IMG/VR virus record: IMGVR_UViG_3300029286_001711
Length of the DNA: 64,000 nucleotides
Origin: a virus
Taxonomy: Duplodnaviria > Caudoviricetes
Reading direction: 5' to 3' (one strand)
A program made the translations under genes and the position numbers. Shown here one piece after another: positions 8,887 through 19,143 of this stretch. Under the pieces are notes generated by a model. The model did no database searches. It was not told where the DNA came from and saw only the letters and a list, made by a program, of their open reading frames with translations. Positions within the stretch are counted from its first letter, which is position 1; each line of letters begins with the position of its first letter.

Positions 8887-10989
8887 TTATACGTTATAGT
8901 AGAAATCTACTCTATCGGTTGTAATTAAATTAAACCCAGCATTAGTTCCATTCCAACAGAAAAGATTAGTTGCTGCTATAGTAGCGAAAGTTTCATAAAC
9001 ACCACTACCACAACCGTTAGCTGATGTAACGAAAGAACAATCTTTATCTGGTGTACCATCACCAACCACATACCAAACACCGTTCACTGAAACACCAACA
9101 TATGAACCATTTGAAGGTGTTGCTGTAATATGTAGACCAGTGTTTGCATTATTTCCGGCTGTATTACCTGAGAGTATGACCATACCCTTATTAAGGATGG
9201 TTGGGTTAGCACCTGCTGTTTGTGTTTTCCAAGCGAAACCACCAGAACCGGCGTCATAAGTTAAAATTTGACCAGCTGTTGCTGTAGAACCCGTTACTAA
9301 AAGTTTAACTTCTTTTACACTACGGTCTTTTAAACCAACGTTCATACTCTGACCTAGAGTTACAAATGTTGATGCTGTTACAACACCATCGTTAAATACA
9401 GTGAATCCACTGTTTGCTAACATAGCGTTTGTTACTTGACCAGTTCCGATACCGATTGTTACGGCTCCGTTTGTTGTTGTTGCTGTTAAACCAGCTTGTG
9501 CTGTTACAGATTGAATGATTGTACCACCAATTGATACTGTTCCACCACTATTATTAGTAAGTGTTAAAGTACCGTTGTTTACTGTACCACCAGTTGTGAA
9601 TGTATCTCTATAAGGTAATGTGTAAACACCAGGAGCTATTGCTTGGTTATATAATAAACCAACTGTAGCGTTTGGAGATGCTGGAGAGGCTCCAGTAGTT
9701 GTACCACCAGTTACATAGATTTCAGTTTGTGATAAAGCTGATAAACTAACAGAGTATGTAGTACCGTCATTTCTAGTGTAACTTAAAAGATTGCCACTAG
9801 TAAGTGTACCACCTGTTGTGAATATATTAACAAACGGTAAACTATAACCTGTAGCTCCATTACTGTATTGTAAGTTGATTGTACCGTTAGGGTTAGCACT
9901 TGTACCAGAAACTGTTACAGTACCACCTGTTACGAAAGTATCATTACTATCAACAGTAGATAAATCTAAGGTATAAGTTGTTGAATTGTTTTGAACAAAG
10001 GTAGCTAATTTAGTTGTATTATTATAAGAACTACCAGTTGTAAATGTATCTTTGTATGGTAACGTGTAAGTACCAGGAGCAACACCAGTATTATATAACA
10101 ACCCAATTGTTGCGTTATTATTAGATGTTGTTGCTGTTAAAGTGTTTGTACCACCAGTTACATAGATTTCAGCTTGTGTTAGAGCTGAAAGGGTAATTGT
10201 ACCACCTAAAGTTACAGTACCACCACCACCTAAACCAGAACCAGCAGTTACTGTTACGTTACTGAATGTTAAAGCTGAGTTAGGAATGTTAGCTAAATTA
10301 GCTTCGTTTACATAAAGGTAAATCTGATCCGCGTTAACACCCACACCTTGTTGTACAACAACAGTGTTATCTGGTGATGCTAAAGGACCACTATTAACTG
10401 AAGTTGTTGTTAAAATAGCTGAATAAGTTGGTGTAATACCTGTTGATGGATTGGAAATTTCCCAGAAGTCATTAACTTCATTCCATCTAATAAATACGTT
10501 TGGTTCAGAACCACGGGATACTTCAATACCAACATCTTGTGTAGGTGTACCAGCGGTGAAATTACTATTTAATAAAATAAAATTATCAGCTATTGTTACT
10601 GTTTCAGAGTTAACTGTCGTAGCCGTACCGTTTACAATTAAGTTACCGTAAATAATAACATTATTTGAGAAACCAAATTGATTCCCTGTGATTAAATTAT
10701 TATTGGCTGGGTCACCTAAAACTAGGTTATTACTTGTGTTAGTATAAATTGTTTGATTATCTGTATTTACACTAAGACGTACGTTTGCACCGTTAGGGTT
10801 AACTACTGTTAAAGCAGTGGTACCTGTAACTGACTGTATAGTGTCAGCACTTAATGATATCCATTTGAATCCACCAGAACCGGCATCGTAGGAAGGAACT
10901 TGTCCAGGACCTGCGGTACTACCCGTTACATAAAGCTTTATCGCTTCAATGGTGTTATTCTTTAATTGTTGGCCTCTAACTTGTGACAT
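8887..10989 (-). CDS. tail-fibre-like virion protein
   Basis: 700 aa, T/G/N-rich, repeated (D/E)(T/I)(F/Y)(T/V)TGGT units; TIADNFILLNS...GIEVSRG...RWNE block typical of phage fibres. Confidence 0.7.
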   Translation of the reverse strand: MSQVRGQQLKNNTIEAIKLYVTGSTAGPGQVPSYDAGSGGFKWISLSADTIQSVTGTTALTVVNPNGANVRLSVNTDNQTIYTNTSNNLVLGDPANNNLITGNQFGFSNNVIIYGNLIVNGTATTVNSETVTIADNFILLNSNFTAGTPTQDVGIEVSRGSEPNVFIRWNEVNDFWEISNPSTGITPTYSAILTTTSVNSGPLASPDNTVVVQQGVGVNADQIYLYVNEANLANIPNSALTFSNVTVTAGSGLGGGGTVTLGGTITLSALTQAEIYVTGGTNTLTATTSNNNATIGLLYNTGVAPGTYTLPYKDTFTTGSSYNNTTKLATFVQNNSTTYTLDLSTVDSNDTFVTGGTVTVSGTSANPNGTINLQYSNGATGYSLPFVNIFTTGGTLTSGNLLSYTRNDGTTYSVSLSALSQTEIYVTGGTTTGASPASPNATVGLLYNQAIAPGVYTLPYRDTFTTGGTVNNGTLTLTNNSGGTVSIGGTIIQSVTAQAGLTATTTNGAVTIGIGTGQVTNAMLANSGFTVFNDGVVTASTFVTLGQSMNVGLKDRSVKEVKLLVTGSTATAGQILTYDAGSGGFAWKTQTAGANPTILNKGMVILSGNTAGNNANTGLHITATPSNGSYVGVSVNGVWYVVGDGTPDKDCSFVTSANGCGSGVYETFATIAATNLFCWNGTNAGFNLITTDRVDFYYNV

Positions 10990-11048
10990 AGTTCTTTTTT
11001 ATAATTTTTAGTTATTATTTAATAAATATTCTTTACTTTTAAAAAACA

Positions 11049-11552
11049 TTAGAAATAAATCATGTTTAATTCATCTGTTGTTAATATATTAAAAGGACCC
11101 GTCCATATGACACTGGTACCACCAGTTATTATATAATCATATGGACTTCCATAACGATATTTTACCCCATTAATAAAAAATTTAGTTTCTGTTATATCCG
11201 AAGGTGTTGTCGGTAATATTGAATTAAACACTGTTTGACCCTGTGTTGATGCAGAAAAATAGAACACCACCTCAGATACTGTAGAACCACTACTACCAAG
11301 ATTTAGTAGACTCCAATCGGCATCAGTATTAACCCACGGCGGTGCTAATAACTTGTAATAATTATCGTTGTCTTGTTGATAGACAATCATACCTTGTCTA
11401 CGACGCAGTGTAGTTACAGCATTTCTCTGTATACTATTACCAACACTCCTTAAACCGTCAATACCATAAATTGGATCAATAACAGCGTAGGTATCCCCCG
11501 TTGTACTTGGGGCTATAAAACCAGTAACCGTTACACCACCAATTATTGCCAT
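11049..11552 (-). CDS. virion/fibre-associated protein
   Basis: 167 aa, within the fibre operon, beta-rich C-terminus. Confidence 0.6.
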   Translation of the reverse strand: MAIIGGVTVTGFIAPSTTGDTYAVIDPIYGIDGLRSVGNSIQRNAVTTLRRRQGMIVYQQDNDNYYKLLAPPWVNTDADWSLLNLGSSGSTVSEVVFYFSASTQGQTVFNSILPTTPSDITETKFFINGVKYRYGSPYDYIITGGTSVIWTGPFNILTTDELNMIYF

Positions 11553-11568
11553 CTTCTATTTTTTCTTT

Positions 11569-12657
11569 TTATGAACACATCCAAACATTTAATGAACCAC
11601 CAACAATATTGATAGTCCTATAAACGTTATAGGTTTGTGATACGCCATAAGCGTTATTAAATGTTACCGTACCTAAATTAGAGTATGGAATGTTATTACC
11701 AAAACACCCAGCTACCGAATCTCTTAAATCTGTTGGTTGTACTAATGTGTTAGGTATTACTAAATAAATATATGTTGTGTTTGATGGGTCTGATGCTATT
11801 GTAACATAACTGTTAACAACACCCGACGTTAAACTTGTACTTGTAAGTCCAGTTATTTGGGCTGAATTTAAACTTGTATTTGTACTTCTACCGTAATACC
11901 ATCTAGGGTACCAAGTTGCTGAAATTGTAGTGTTAAATGTGCCCGCTTGTGAATTAACACCCGTAATTCTATATAAACTAAGTGACGCTAATGAACTACT
12001 TGATACTGTCGTACTTAAAGTTACACCCGTACTACTAGGACCTGGTGTGTCTGGGTTTAAATTTGATGCTAATATAACAACAGAAGGTGTTAATTGTTCG
12101 ATATATAGTGAACCCAAATTCACATTACTATCATTACTGTTTGCCCAACTAAATGTTTGTACTCCAATAGGAATTTGATTACCTAACTCATAAGAAGAAG
12201 ATAAATTCGTTCTAGAAAACGATGTAAATGTTGGATATTGATATGGATATAACAACGAATCCCACATTTGTTGCATTGTTTTACCACTAAAACTGGACCC
12301 TGCCGGAATACCACCTATTGTTGTTGGAGTTGGTAATGGATTACTATAAATAACTGTAGCTCCAGATAATTCAATGTTTAAAGGAATTTCAATTGTGACC
12401 GCGTCATTCCTAAGAAGGTATAAAATATTGTTTGAAGTATATCCAGTTGTGATAAAAGTATCACCCGAACCACCACCAGAACCTGTACACCCAGAAAGGT
12501 TTACATTAAAAGTTGTGTTATCATCTTTAGTAAAAGTAAGGTTACAACCAATTAAGCCAACGCTAACAATATCCCTGCTTTTCAAGAAAACAAAGTTATT
12601 ATCTAATTGTGCGTGGGTTAATGCGTTAGTTTGTAGTCCCCTTAACGTTAATGCCAT
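11569..12657 (-). CDS. tail-fibre/baseplate-associated protein
   Basis: N-terminus MALTLRG...ALTHAQLDNNF resembles phage fibre N-termini; S/T-rich; TATTTAT at 12671-77. Confidence 0.65.
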   Translation of the reverse strand: MALTLRGLQTNALTHAQLDNNFVFLKSRDIVSVGLIGCNLTFTKDDNTTFNVNLSGCTGSGGGSGDTFITTGYTSNNILYLLRNDAVTIEIPLNIELSGATVIYSNPLPTPTTIGGIPAGSSFSGKTMQQMWDSLLYPYQYPTFTSFSRTNLSSSYELGNQIPIGVQTFSWANSNDSNVNLGSLYIEQLTPSVVILASNLNPDTPGPSSTGVTLSTTVSSSSLASLSLYRITGVNSQAGTFNTTISATWYPRWYYGRSTNTSLNSAQITGLTSTSLTSGVVNSYVTIASDPSNTTYIYLVIPNTLVQPTDLRDSVAGCFGNNIPYSNLGTVTFNNAYGVSQTYNVYRTINIVGGSLNVWMCS

Positions 12658-12685
12658 TTAATTTTTATTTATAAATATCTGATAA

Positions 12686-14389
12686 TTATATATCGGTTGG
12701 AATTATGTAATAAAAAGTACCAGCTATTTGTACCATCCAATAATCACCTGTACTACTAAAATAATCTACATCTCTTCCGTTAGCTAAATCAGTAACTACA
12801 GCTTCCTCATCGATTCCAACCAGACCCCTATCAAAGGCATCCTTACTTGGTTTTCCGTCTTCCCACCAACCCCAATCTTTCATCCAACGAATAGGGTCTT
12901 GCATTTCTTCAATATATCTTTCTTTATAAACGTTATAAAGTTTTGCCTTCATATAATCAAAAAGGTCATTTAGTTCATTTTCTATTTTTTTTCTATCCTT
13001 ATTTATTCCACCAAGTTTTATTTCATACTCATATTTACTAATCTCTTCTTCTTGGAAAGATTTTTTTAAATTATCGATATAAGTGTCAATGGTTTTAAGA
13101 TTTTTTTGTAAATTTAAATAGTATGTGTGATTCTCTTTTTGAAACGGTTCAACGTTATCCAATATTTCTTCATCACTTAAGTCATCGATATAACTATCAG
13201 TTAACTCACGGGCTATTGTTGCCTGGTCTCTTATGTAATAATAATCAGCACTAATATATTCTATAGTTGAAAGGATACCATTCAAATCTACAAACTCTCT
13301 GGCCCAGTCAACTTTAGCTACATCAATATCATCTTCATCACCCACCATATAACCTGTATTACCCCAGATGCGTTCTAGACTGTAAACTTTTAAACCGTAG
13401 TTGGTGTAATGTAACTCTTCAATCTCTTCAGCATCCTCTTGTGTTAATTGAAACTGTTCAACTAGGGCCTGAATATGTGGGTTATCGACAAATCCGAGAT
13501 TTTTATACATCTCAGCCATTTCCCTTTTCATATAATCTGAAATAGCTTTAATTACATTTTGGGGTACTGTTTTTAGGTATTCTTCAGCGGTATCAACATA
13601 AGAATAATATGTTAAATCATTATCCTGAGCATCCCATAGTTTTAAACCTGTTAATTTAACATCAAAACTTAATGGGTCTATAACTGTATCTATGTTCTTT
13701 GTATAAGGAATTTGCCAAGCGATTTTATAAGTATCATCGTCTTTAGTTAGATTTTTATTAATAACATAAATAAGAAACTTACTAGTCGTTTCACGAGTAA
13801 AGTGTGATGAGGTCTCTTTTGATGTTGTACACCATTTAGTGCCCGCACCATAATGACAAGAAGACTCCCAATTTTTAGGTCTTAGAACTAACCAATTTTT
13901 GTCTTCATAAATTTTATCAATACCTTTTCTAAGTTCTTTCTCTTTATCTTTCTTTTCTTTTCTAGTAAATGCTTCATGTATGTCGTTTATTAAATAGTGA
14001 ATCATTTCACTATCGGTAAATTTATATTGGTATAAATCTGTCGTACCTTCTTTTTTACCATCTTCATTAGTGTGAACCAGGTATGGTAATAACTCATGGA
14101 ACCTTATTACTAAATTTAAAATTTCATTCGCTGTTTCTATATGTGCTTCAGTAAAGGCAGTATTGTGTTTTTCTTCGGTATACCCAAGTAAATCACCATT
14201 TATAGAATGAACGGTTGGTAGATGGTCAATTGCCTTAACCATCCATTCCAAATATTTTTGATTACCAGAAGGATCATTCCTTACGAAAAAGTCGATTAAA
14301 TCGGGGCTAACATTAGGAAATTTCTTCTTAACATCATCAATTCTATTCTCTAATAAAACTTCTTTTATTCTTTCTAATAACATTCCCAT
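12686..14389 (-). CDS. DPSG-KYL / SCxYGxxTxWC family protein, paralogue 1
   Basis: LLENR leader, DPSGNQKYLEWM, SCHYGAGTKWCTT; acidic C-terminal half. Confidence 0.8.
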   Translation of the reverse strand: MGMLLERIKEVLLENRIDDVKKKFPNVSPDLIDFFVRNDPSGNQKYLEWMVKAIDHLPTVHSINGDLLGYTEEKHNTAFTEAHIETANEILNLVIRFHELLPYLVHTNEDGKKEGTTDLYQYKFTDSEMIHYLINDIHEAFTRKEKKDKEKELRKGIDKIYEDKNWLVLRPKNWESSCHYGAGTKWCTTSKETSSHFTRETTSKFLIYVINKNLTKDDDTYKIAWQIPYTKNIDTVIDPLSFDVKLTGLKLWDAQDNDLTYYSYVDTAEEYLKTVPQNVIKAISDYMKREMAEMYKNLGFVDNPHIQALVEQFQLTQEDAEEIEELHYTNYGLKVYSLERIWGNTGYMVGDEDDIDVAKVDWAREFVDLNGILSTIEYISADYYYIRDQATIARELTDSYIDDLSDEEILDNVEPFQKENHTYYLNLQKNLKTIDTYIDNLKKSFQEEEISKYEYEIKLGGINKDRKKIENELNDLFDYMKAKLYNVYKERYIEEMQDPIRWMKDWGWWEDGKPSKDAFDRGLVGIDEEAVVTDLANGRDVDYFSSTGDYWMVQIAGTFYYIIPTDI

Positions 14390-14426
14390 TTAAATAAAAT
14401 TTGTATTTATATATAAATATTTATAA

Positions 14427-15224
14427 ATGATGGTAAATTCAATTTTTGATACAGAATATAAAACGGTGATAAATAATATCTTAAGGGACATTTATCGTGG
14501 CACCGAATATTGGGGTGTTGGTGAATCTGGGACTGAGGGTGTTATTAGACCCATTACAGATGAAGATGATCCAACCTGGTCTAACTATAATTTTATTAAT
14601 AGTCATTGGACGGTAAAAGATACTATCGTTATACCTTACTTGAGAAGGTTATATAATGTCGGTTTCGAAAAGGATAAGAGTTATAAAGAGAGTGAGATTA
14701 ATGCAAACTTTTTTAAAGTATTATGGGATGTTAGAGAAGAGTTATTTTCTCCTGACTCTAACTTAAGAAATGACATTGTAGAGGCTATTAATAAAACAAG
14801 AAAAAAGGGTGTTGAAAGAGAGAACTATGTGAAGTTAGCTTTAGAAACCTTAAGAGGTGTTACTGTTGAACCAGTAGCTGAAGCTGGGGGTGTTCAAGAT
14901 TTCATGGGAACCGATTTAATTATACACTCACATAACCCATCATTTAATAACCTTACAGCACAAGTTAAACCCTTTAGAAATTTAACAAATGACACTGATA
15001 ATTGGTTTGTTGAGACCGATGCTTTAAGAAGAGAATACACCCAAGATTTAATGATATTCGGTAAACTAAGTGGTCAAGAATATCATGTCGCTATTTTTAA
15101 AAATAAACCTAAACTTTTTGTAATAGAAGATAAAAGGGTTACCATCCCTAAAAATTTAATTGTACTTTTAATTAACTACAATATTTTTAACAAGAAAAGT
15201 AAGTTTAAACTTTATCGTAATTAA
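14427..15224 (+). CDS. hypothetical, possible PD-(D/E)xK nuclease fold
   Basis: QDFMGTDLII...TAQVKP resembles a D-G-x-D...Q-V-K catalytic layout. Confidence 0.5.
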   Translation: MMVNSIFDTEYKTVINNILRDIYRGTEYWGVGESGTEGVIRPITDEDDPTWSNYNFINSHWTVKDTIVIPYLRRLYNVGFEKDKSYKESEINANFFKVLWDVREELFSPDSNLRNDIVEAINKTRKKGVERENYVKLALETLRGVTVEPVAEAGGVQDFMGTDLIIHSHNPSFNNLTAQVKPFRNLTNDTDNWFVETDALRREYTQDLMIFGKLSGQEYHVAIFKNKPKLFVIEDKRVTIPKNLIVLLINYNIFNKKSKFKLYRN

Positions 15225-16477
15225 CAAAAGTTAATACCTTGTGTTGGTTTCTGTAAATCAATATCTACTCTTTGTGGTGTTAGCTGAACACTTTTTGTTT
15301 GATTATTATAAACATACCCCACTACTTTTTCTTTTAACGGTCTAAATCTAATTGATAATCTATGGTCTTTAGAACAATCTCTTTGTCCTTTATTAGACCA
15401 GTAAAATTCAAAGTTTTTTTGACCCTTCTCATCAATTCGAGGGATTAAAATGTTTTTATCGTACATAATACCGTTTATATGGTTTTCAGCCTCAGTAATA
15501 ATAGATTTACCTTCATCTTTAAGGTAGTTATAAACATTATCTATGATTCTATTATAAAAAAACCTAAATTTTTCTTCGTCAACACCCTCTTTTTCTAGGT
15601 TGGTTTTTAGGTCAGAATTTTTATAGATTGCATAAAATTCGGACATGTAACTATCAGTTGCGTAGTCCATTTTTTTAACTTCTATGTAAGATCCTTTAGG
15701 GAAAATAACTTTGTCCCCAACTTTTAAATTATTGACAACCCTTAAATCAGCTTTAGCGGTTTCAAAAATTTCAGCTTTATTTTTAACTATAGTATCTATA
15801 ATACGTTTATATAGAAAATTTTCTTTTAAATTACCCTTATAAACTAATAGAACTAATTTCCAGAATGAATTAACTTCTAAATCAAGATTAGGCATACGCC
15901 AGCTACCACCTATATACTCAAAATTATCACCAACAAAACTTCTTTCATACTCTTGATGTCCAATCATACGAACGTTCTTTAGTAACTCTTCCATATTTTC
16001 TAATGTAAAATCATCACCAGACGACAGTAATTTATGTAATGCATCTCTAATAGATTTTTTAGTTGTCTCTAAAACCTCACCACTAGTTAAAACAACGTGG
16101 CCCTTTTTCATGGTTGACGCTAAAACTCTTATCGCGTTACCAAAATAATCTAAACCTAAAATAGTTTCAATTACATTACGAAAAACCGTTGTATTATTGA
16201 TTTTTAAATCAACCTTGAAAAAATTATAAATAGTATTAATATCTTCTAATAACTCATTCTGTTCCGTAAGTCCAAGTTCTAAAATTTTATCTCTTAGCCC
16301 ACAATAAATGGAATCAGTTTCTTTAGAACATAATTCTGTTAATGCATCTATATTTTCAATTAATAATCCTCTACGTTGTTGTGCAGATTCATTAACACTG
16401 TCTCGTCTTTGTAAGGCTTCTTTAATGTGTAACCCTCTACGTTGTAAAGCTCTCTCTTTATGTCCTTGTACTGCCAT
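15221..16477 (-). CDS. hypothetical with tandem N-terminal repeats, possible nuclease-like C-terminus
   Basis: ALQRRGLHIKE/ALQRRDSVNES/AQQRRGLLIEN; KADL...YIEVK. Confidence 0.6.
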   Translation of the reverse strand: MAVQGHKERALQRRGLHIKEALQRRDSVNESAQQRRGLLIENIDALTELCSKETDSIYCGLRDKILELGLTEQNELLEDINTIYNFFKVDLKINNTTVFRNVIETILGLDYFGNAIRVLASTMKKGHVVLTSGEVLETTKKSIRDALHKLLSSGDDFTLENMEELLKNVRMIGHQEYERSFVGDNFEYIGGSWRMPNLDLEVNSFWKLVLLVYKGNLKENFLYKRIIDTIVKNKAEIFETAKADLRVVNNLKVGDKVIFPKGSYIEVKKMDYATDSYMSEFYAIYKNSDLKTNLEKEGVDEEKFRFFYNRIIDNVYNYLKDEGKSIITEAENHINGIMYDKNILIPRIDEKGQKNFEFYWSNKGQRDCSKDHRLSIRFRPLKEKVVGYVYNNQTKSVQLTPQRVDIDLQKPTQGINFC

Positions 16478-16478
16478 A

Positions 16479-16745
16479 TTAATAAATATTAATCAACTGA
16501 CCTTCTTCGGATATTAAATTAGAAAAAGGTGCTCGAATAAGACTATCGTATGAAAATACGATAACTGGATAAGGTGGGTTATACCTTTTTAACCAAAGTT
16601 GTGGTAATTTGTAATTGTGTTTGAATAAATTGTTGGATGACCAACGTAGGAGTGACTTATTATCATCATCTAACTGTTCTACTCTGTCAATATAACCCGA
16701 TTGGTTTGTAATACTTAAAACTGAATCGTATAATTCATCTATCAT
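16479..16745 (-). CDS. hypothetical protein
   Basis: 88 aa ORF. Confidence 0.5.
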   Translation of the reverse strand: MIDELYDSVLSITNQSGYIDRVEQLDDDNKSLLRWSSNNLFKHNYKLPQLWLKRYNPPYPVIVFSYDSLIRAPFSNLISEEGQLINIY

Positions 16746-16793
16746 AATTTAATGTTTGATAAAATATAAACATTATAATTATAATACTGAATG

Positions 16794-17192
16794 TTATTCT
16801 TCAAGTTCACCATCTTCTAAATCACGAAGGTATTCTAAACTCTCAACAACCCATTCTATGGCCTCGATTAACTGTTCCATATAAAATTCAGAATACTGTT
16901 CTTCAGGGTGTATTTCAACTAAAACATCTGGTTCTTTTGTTTGGATAACTCTTAAATCTTCAACGATATCGTTCAAACCATGAACCATATCACTAAATGC
17001 CTCTTTTGTGTCATCACCAAAAGAGGTAACACTTCCTTCTGGAAATTCACCAGCCTCTTCTGTACGTTCACTAAGATACTTTTTGATAGCTCTATCAATC
17101 TTAGATTCGTTCACAACACTACCATCACGTCTTAGTTTTTCTCTAATGATATTTGTAACACTATTTTTATTGAGCCTAATTTTTCTACTCAT
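16794..17192 (-). CDS. acidic helical protein with IRL/IIRE/VNE leader
   Basis: MSRKIRLNKNSVTNIIREKL...VVNES; TATTTATA upstream. Confidence 0.65.
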   Translation of the reverse strand: MSRKIRLNKNSVTNIIREKLRRDGSVVNESKIDRAIKKYLSERTEEAGEFPEGSVTSFGDDTKEAFSDMVHGLNDIVEDLRVIQTKEPDVLVEIHPEEQYSEFYMEQLIEAIEWVVESLEYLRDLEDGELEE

Positions 17193-17249
17193 TTTTACTC
17201 TTTATTTAATTATAAATATATCTTAACTTAAGATAATAAAGAATAATAT

Positions 17250-17489
17250 ATGAAAAAGTGGGAAATTGAATTGATGAACATTATGTCAAAAAGTAATGTT
17301 GATAGTATGCAGAAAGATGTTAATACATTTATTAATAATCTATTGAAAGAGATTAATACGGGTAATGAAAGTGGGTTAATTTTACCTGAACAAAATGAAG
17401 ATGATCAGAAACAATGGTATAGAATGGGTAAGAATAGAACAATTTTAGATTTATCTGAATATCTTAAAAAAGAATATATTAAAGATTAA
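17250..17489 (+). CDS. hypothetical protein
   Basis: 79 aa ORF. Confidence 0.55.
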   Translation: MKKWEIELMNIMSKSNVDSMQKDVNTFINNLLKEINTGNESGLILPEQNEDDQKQWYRMGKNRTILDLSEYLKKEYIKD

Positions 17490-17727
17490 ATTGCATTGTC
17501 TCATAACCCTCAAATGTGTCAAAATCTTCTTTACTGATTTGTTTAACTTTAAAACCGTTATCAAAAAATCCGTCAAGAAGTTCAATCATATCTTCACCTT
17601 CTACGAGTAGTTTAATTTTAAAAATTGGTTTATCTTCTTTAGTAGAAACTTCAATATACTTTGCTTTAGAATTTGTTATAGCATCTAAAAGAACATAAAC
17701 TTTACTAATATGTGAATTATCTTCCAT
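17479..17727 (-). CDS. hypothetical protein
   Basis: 82 aa ORF with TATTTATA upstream. Confidence 0.6.
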   Translation of the reverse strand: MEDNSHISKVYVLLDAITNSKAKYIEVSTKEDKPIFKIKLLVEGEDMIELLDGFFDNGFKVKQISKEDFDTFEGYETMQFNL

Positions 17728-17766
17728 ATTATATAAATATAATACTGTTTATATAAAATAAATCCT

Positions 17767-17774
17767 TATATTTG
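17767..17774 (+). promoter_or_regulatory. TAnnTTTG -7 promoter element
   Basis: TATATTTG 5 nt before the uvsE ATG. Confidence 0.6.
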
Positions 17775-17778
17775 TATT

Positions 17779-18681
17779 ATGAAAATAGGTTACGCTTGTA
17801 TCAATATGACCCTAGGTGAACAAAAAATCACCACCAATCGTGGTATGGTCAAACGTACTTTTGACTCCAAAGGTGTTAAGTACGCATCAGAGTTAGCACT
17901 CCAAAATGTTCGTGATTTACTCCAAGTTATTAATTGGAATCAACGTAATAATATTAATTTTTATCGTATGTCTTCTGACATGTTTCCGTGGATGTCAGAA
18001 TACAAATTTGATGACCTACCTGACATTCAACTTATTCGTAATATACTTTCTGGTATTGGCCGTATTACACATTCGTTACATTACGACCATCGTCTTACTT
18101 TCCATCCCGGCCCATTCAATGTTTTAGCATCACCAAACCAAGATGTTATTACAAAAACTGTGGCCGAACTTGACCGTCATGCCTATATCATGAATATGCT
18201 TGGTTTACCTAAGTCTCCGTTCTCCAAAATCAATATACATGTTGGTGGTGCTTACGGTAACAAGTCTGACGCACTTAAACGTTGGGTCGATAACTTCTCT
18301 TTATTACATGATGACACCAAAGCTCGTCTTACTATTGAGAATGACGATAAACCAAATATGTTTACTGTTGCCGACCTTATGTATATATACGAACATACTG
18401 GTATACCTATTGTATTTGACTATCATCACCACAACTGTCATAGTGGCGGTATGTCCACCCATGACGCTTTACAGTTAGCTATATCTACATGGCCTGACGG
18501 TATCACACCTATTGTTCATGTATCAGAGCCACGTGATGACCAAAATGTACGTGCACATCATGACTATATACGTAACCAAGTTGACACTTACGGTTATGAT
18601 TTAGACCTTATGTTCGAGGCCAAAGCCAAAGAATTGTCTGTGTTAGAGTATCGTAAGAATTTTAATACGTTATTGACGTAA
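17779..18681 (+). CDS. uvsE: UV-damage endonuclease (UvsE/UvdE)
   Basis: MKIGYACIN, FYRMSSDMFP, RLTFHPG, INIHVGG, IENDD, FDYHHH, LMFEAKAKE. Confidence 0.92.
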   Translation: MKIGYACINMTLGEQKITTNRGMVKRTFDSKGVKYASELALQNVRDLLQVINWNQRNNINFYRMSSDMFPWMSEYKFDDLPDIQLIRNILSGIGRITHSLHYDHRLTFHPGPFNVLASPNQDVITKTVAELDRHAYIMNMLGLPKSPFSKINIHVGGAYGNKSDALKRWVDNFSLLHDDTKARLTIENDDKPNMFTVADLMYIYEHTGIPIVFDYHHHNCHSGGMSTHDALQLAISTWPDGITPIVHVSEPRDDQNVRAHHDYIRNQVDTYGYDLDLMFEAKAKELSVLEYRKNFNTLLT

Positions 18682-18684
18682 TTT

Positions 18685-19089
18685 TTATTTTCTCATAAAT
18701 CCAACGTTAAAGAGTATAAACCGAAAGTTAATACCGAAGGTTAGATTAAATACTGTAAAACTACCTGTGTTGGATAAATTTACAAATCTTATTTTTGGTG
18801 TGTGTGGTGTTTTGTCGACTATAGATGTGCCGATTTTATTTTTCATTTCATCCAAGGAAGGTGGTTGAAATTGTGCTGACGGTGGTAAAATAACATATTC
18901 CTCTTCACCTGTTAAAATTTTATCTAATTCTATTTGAAGGGCACTAGCCACTTCATATTCTTCTTTAGAGACACAAATCTCAATCCATAAAGTTAATATA
19001 GCAATACGTTGTGGTGTGTTCATTTGATGTTTATAAAAGTTATAAAGACCAACTATCCCTCGAATTCTATCTTCTAATTCTTTACCCAT
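18685..19089 (-). CDS. hypothetical with UVR-like helix
   Basis: KEEYEVASALQIEL resembles a UVR motif. Confidence 0.5.
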   Translation of the reverse strand: MGKELEDRIRGIVGLYNFYKHQMNTPQRIAILTLWIEICVSKEEYEVASALQIELDKILTGEEEYVILPPSAQFQPPSLDEMKNKIGTSIVDKTPHTPKIRFVNLSNTGSFTVFNLTFGINFRFILFNVGFMRK

Positions 19090-19106
19090 TTACTAATAAT
19101 AATACA

Positions 19107-19138
19107 TTTGTATATTATATAAATAATTTGTATCTTTG
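19107..19138 (+). promoter_or_regulatory. Bacteroidota primary-sigma-type promoter
   Basis: TTTG (19107-10), 20 nt spacer, TATCTTTG (19131-38). Confidence 0.75.
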
Positions 19139-19143
19139 TTTTT

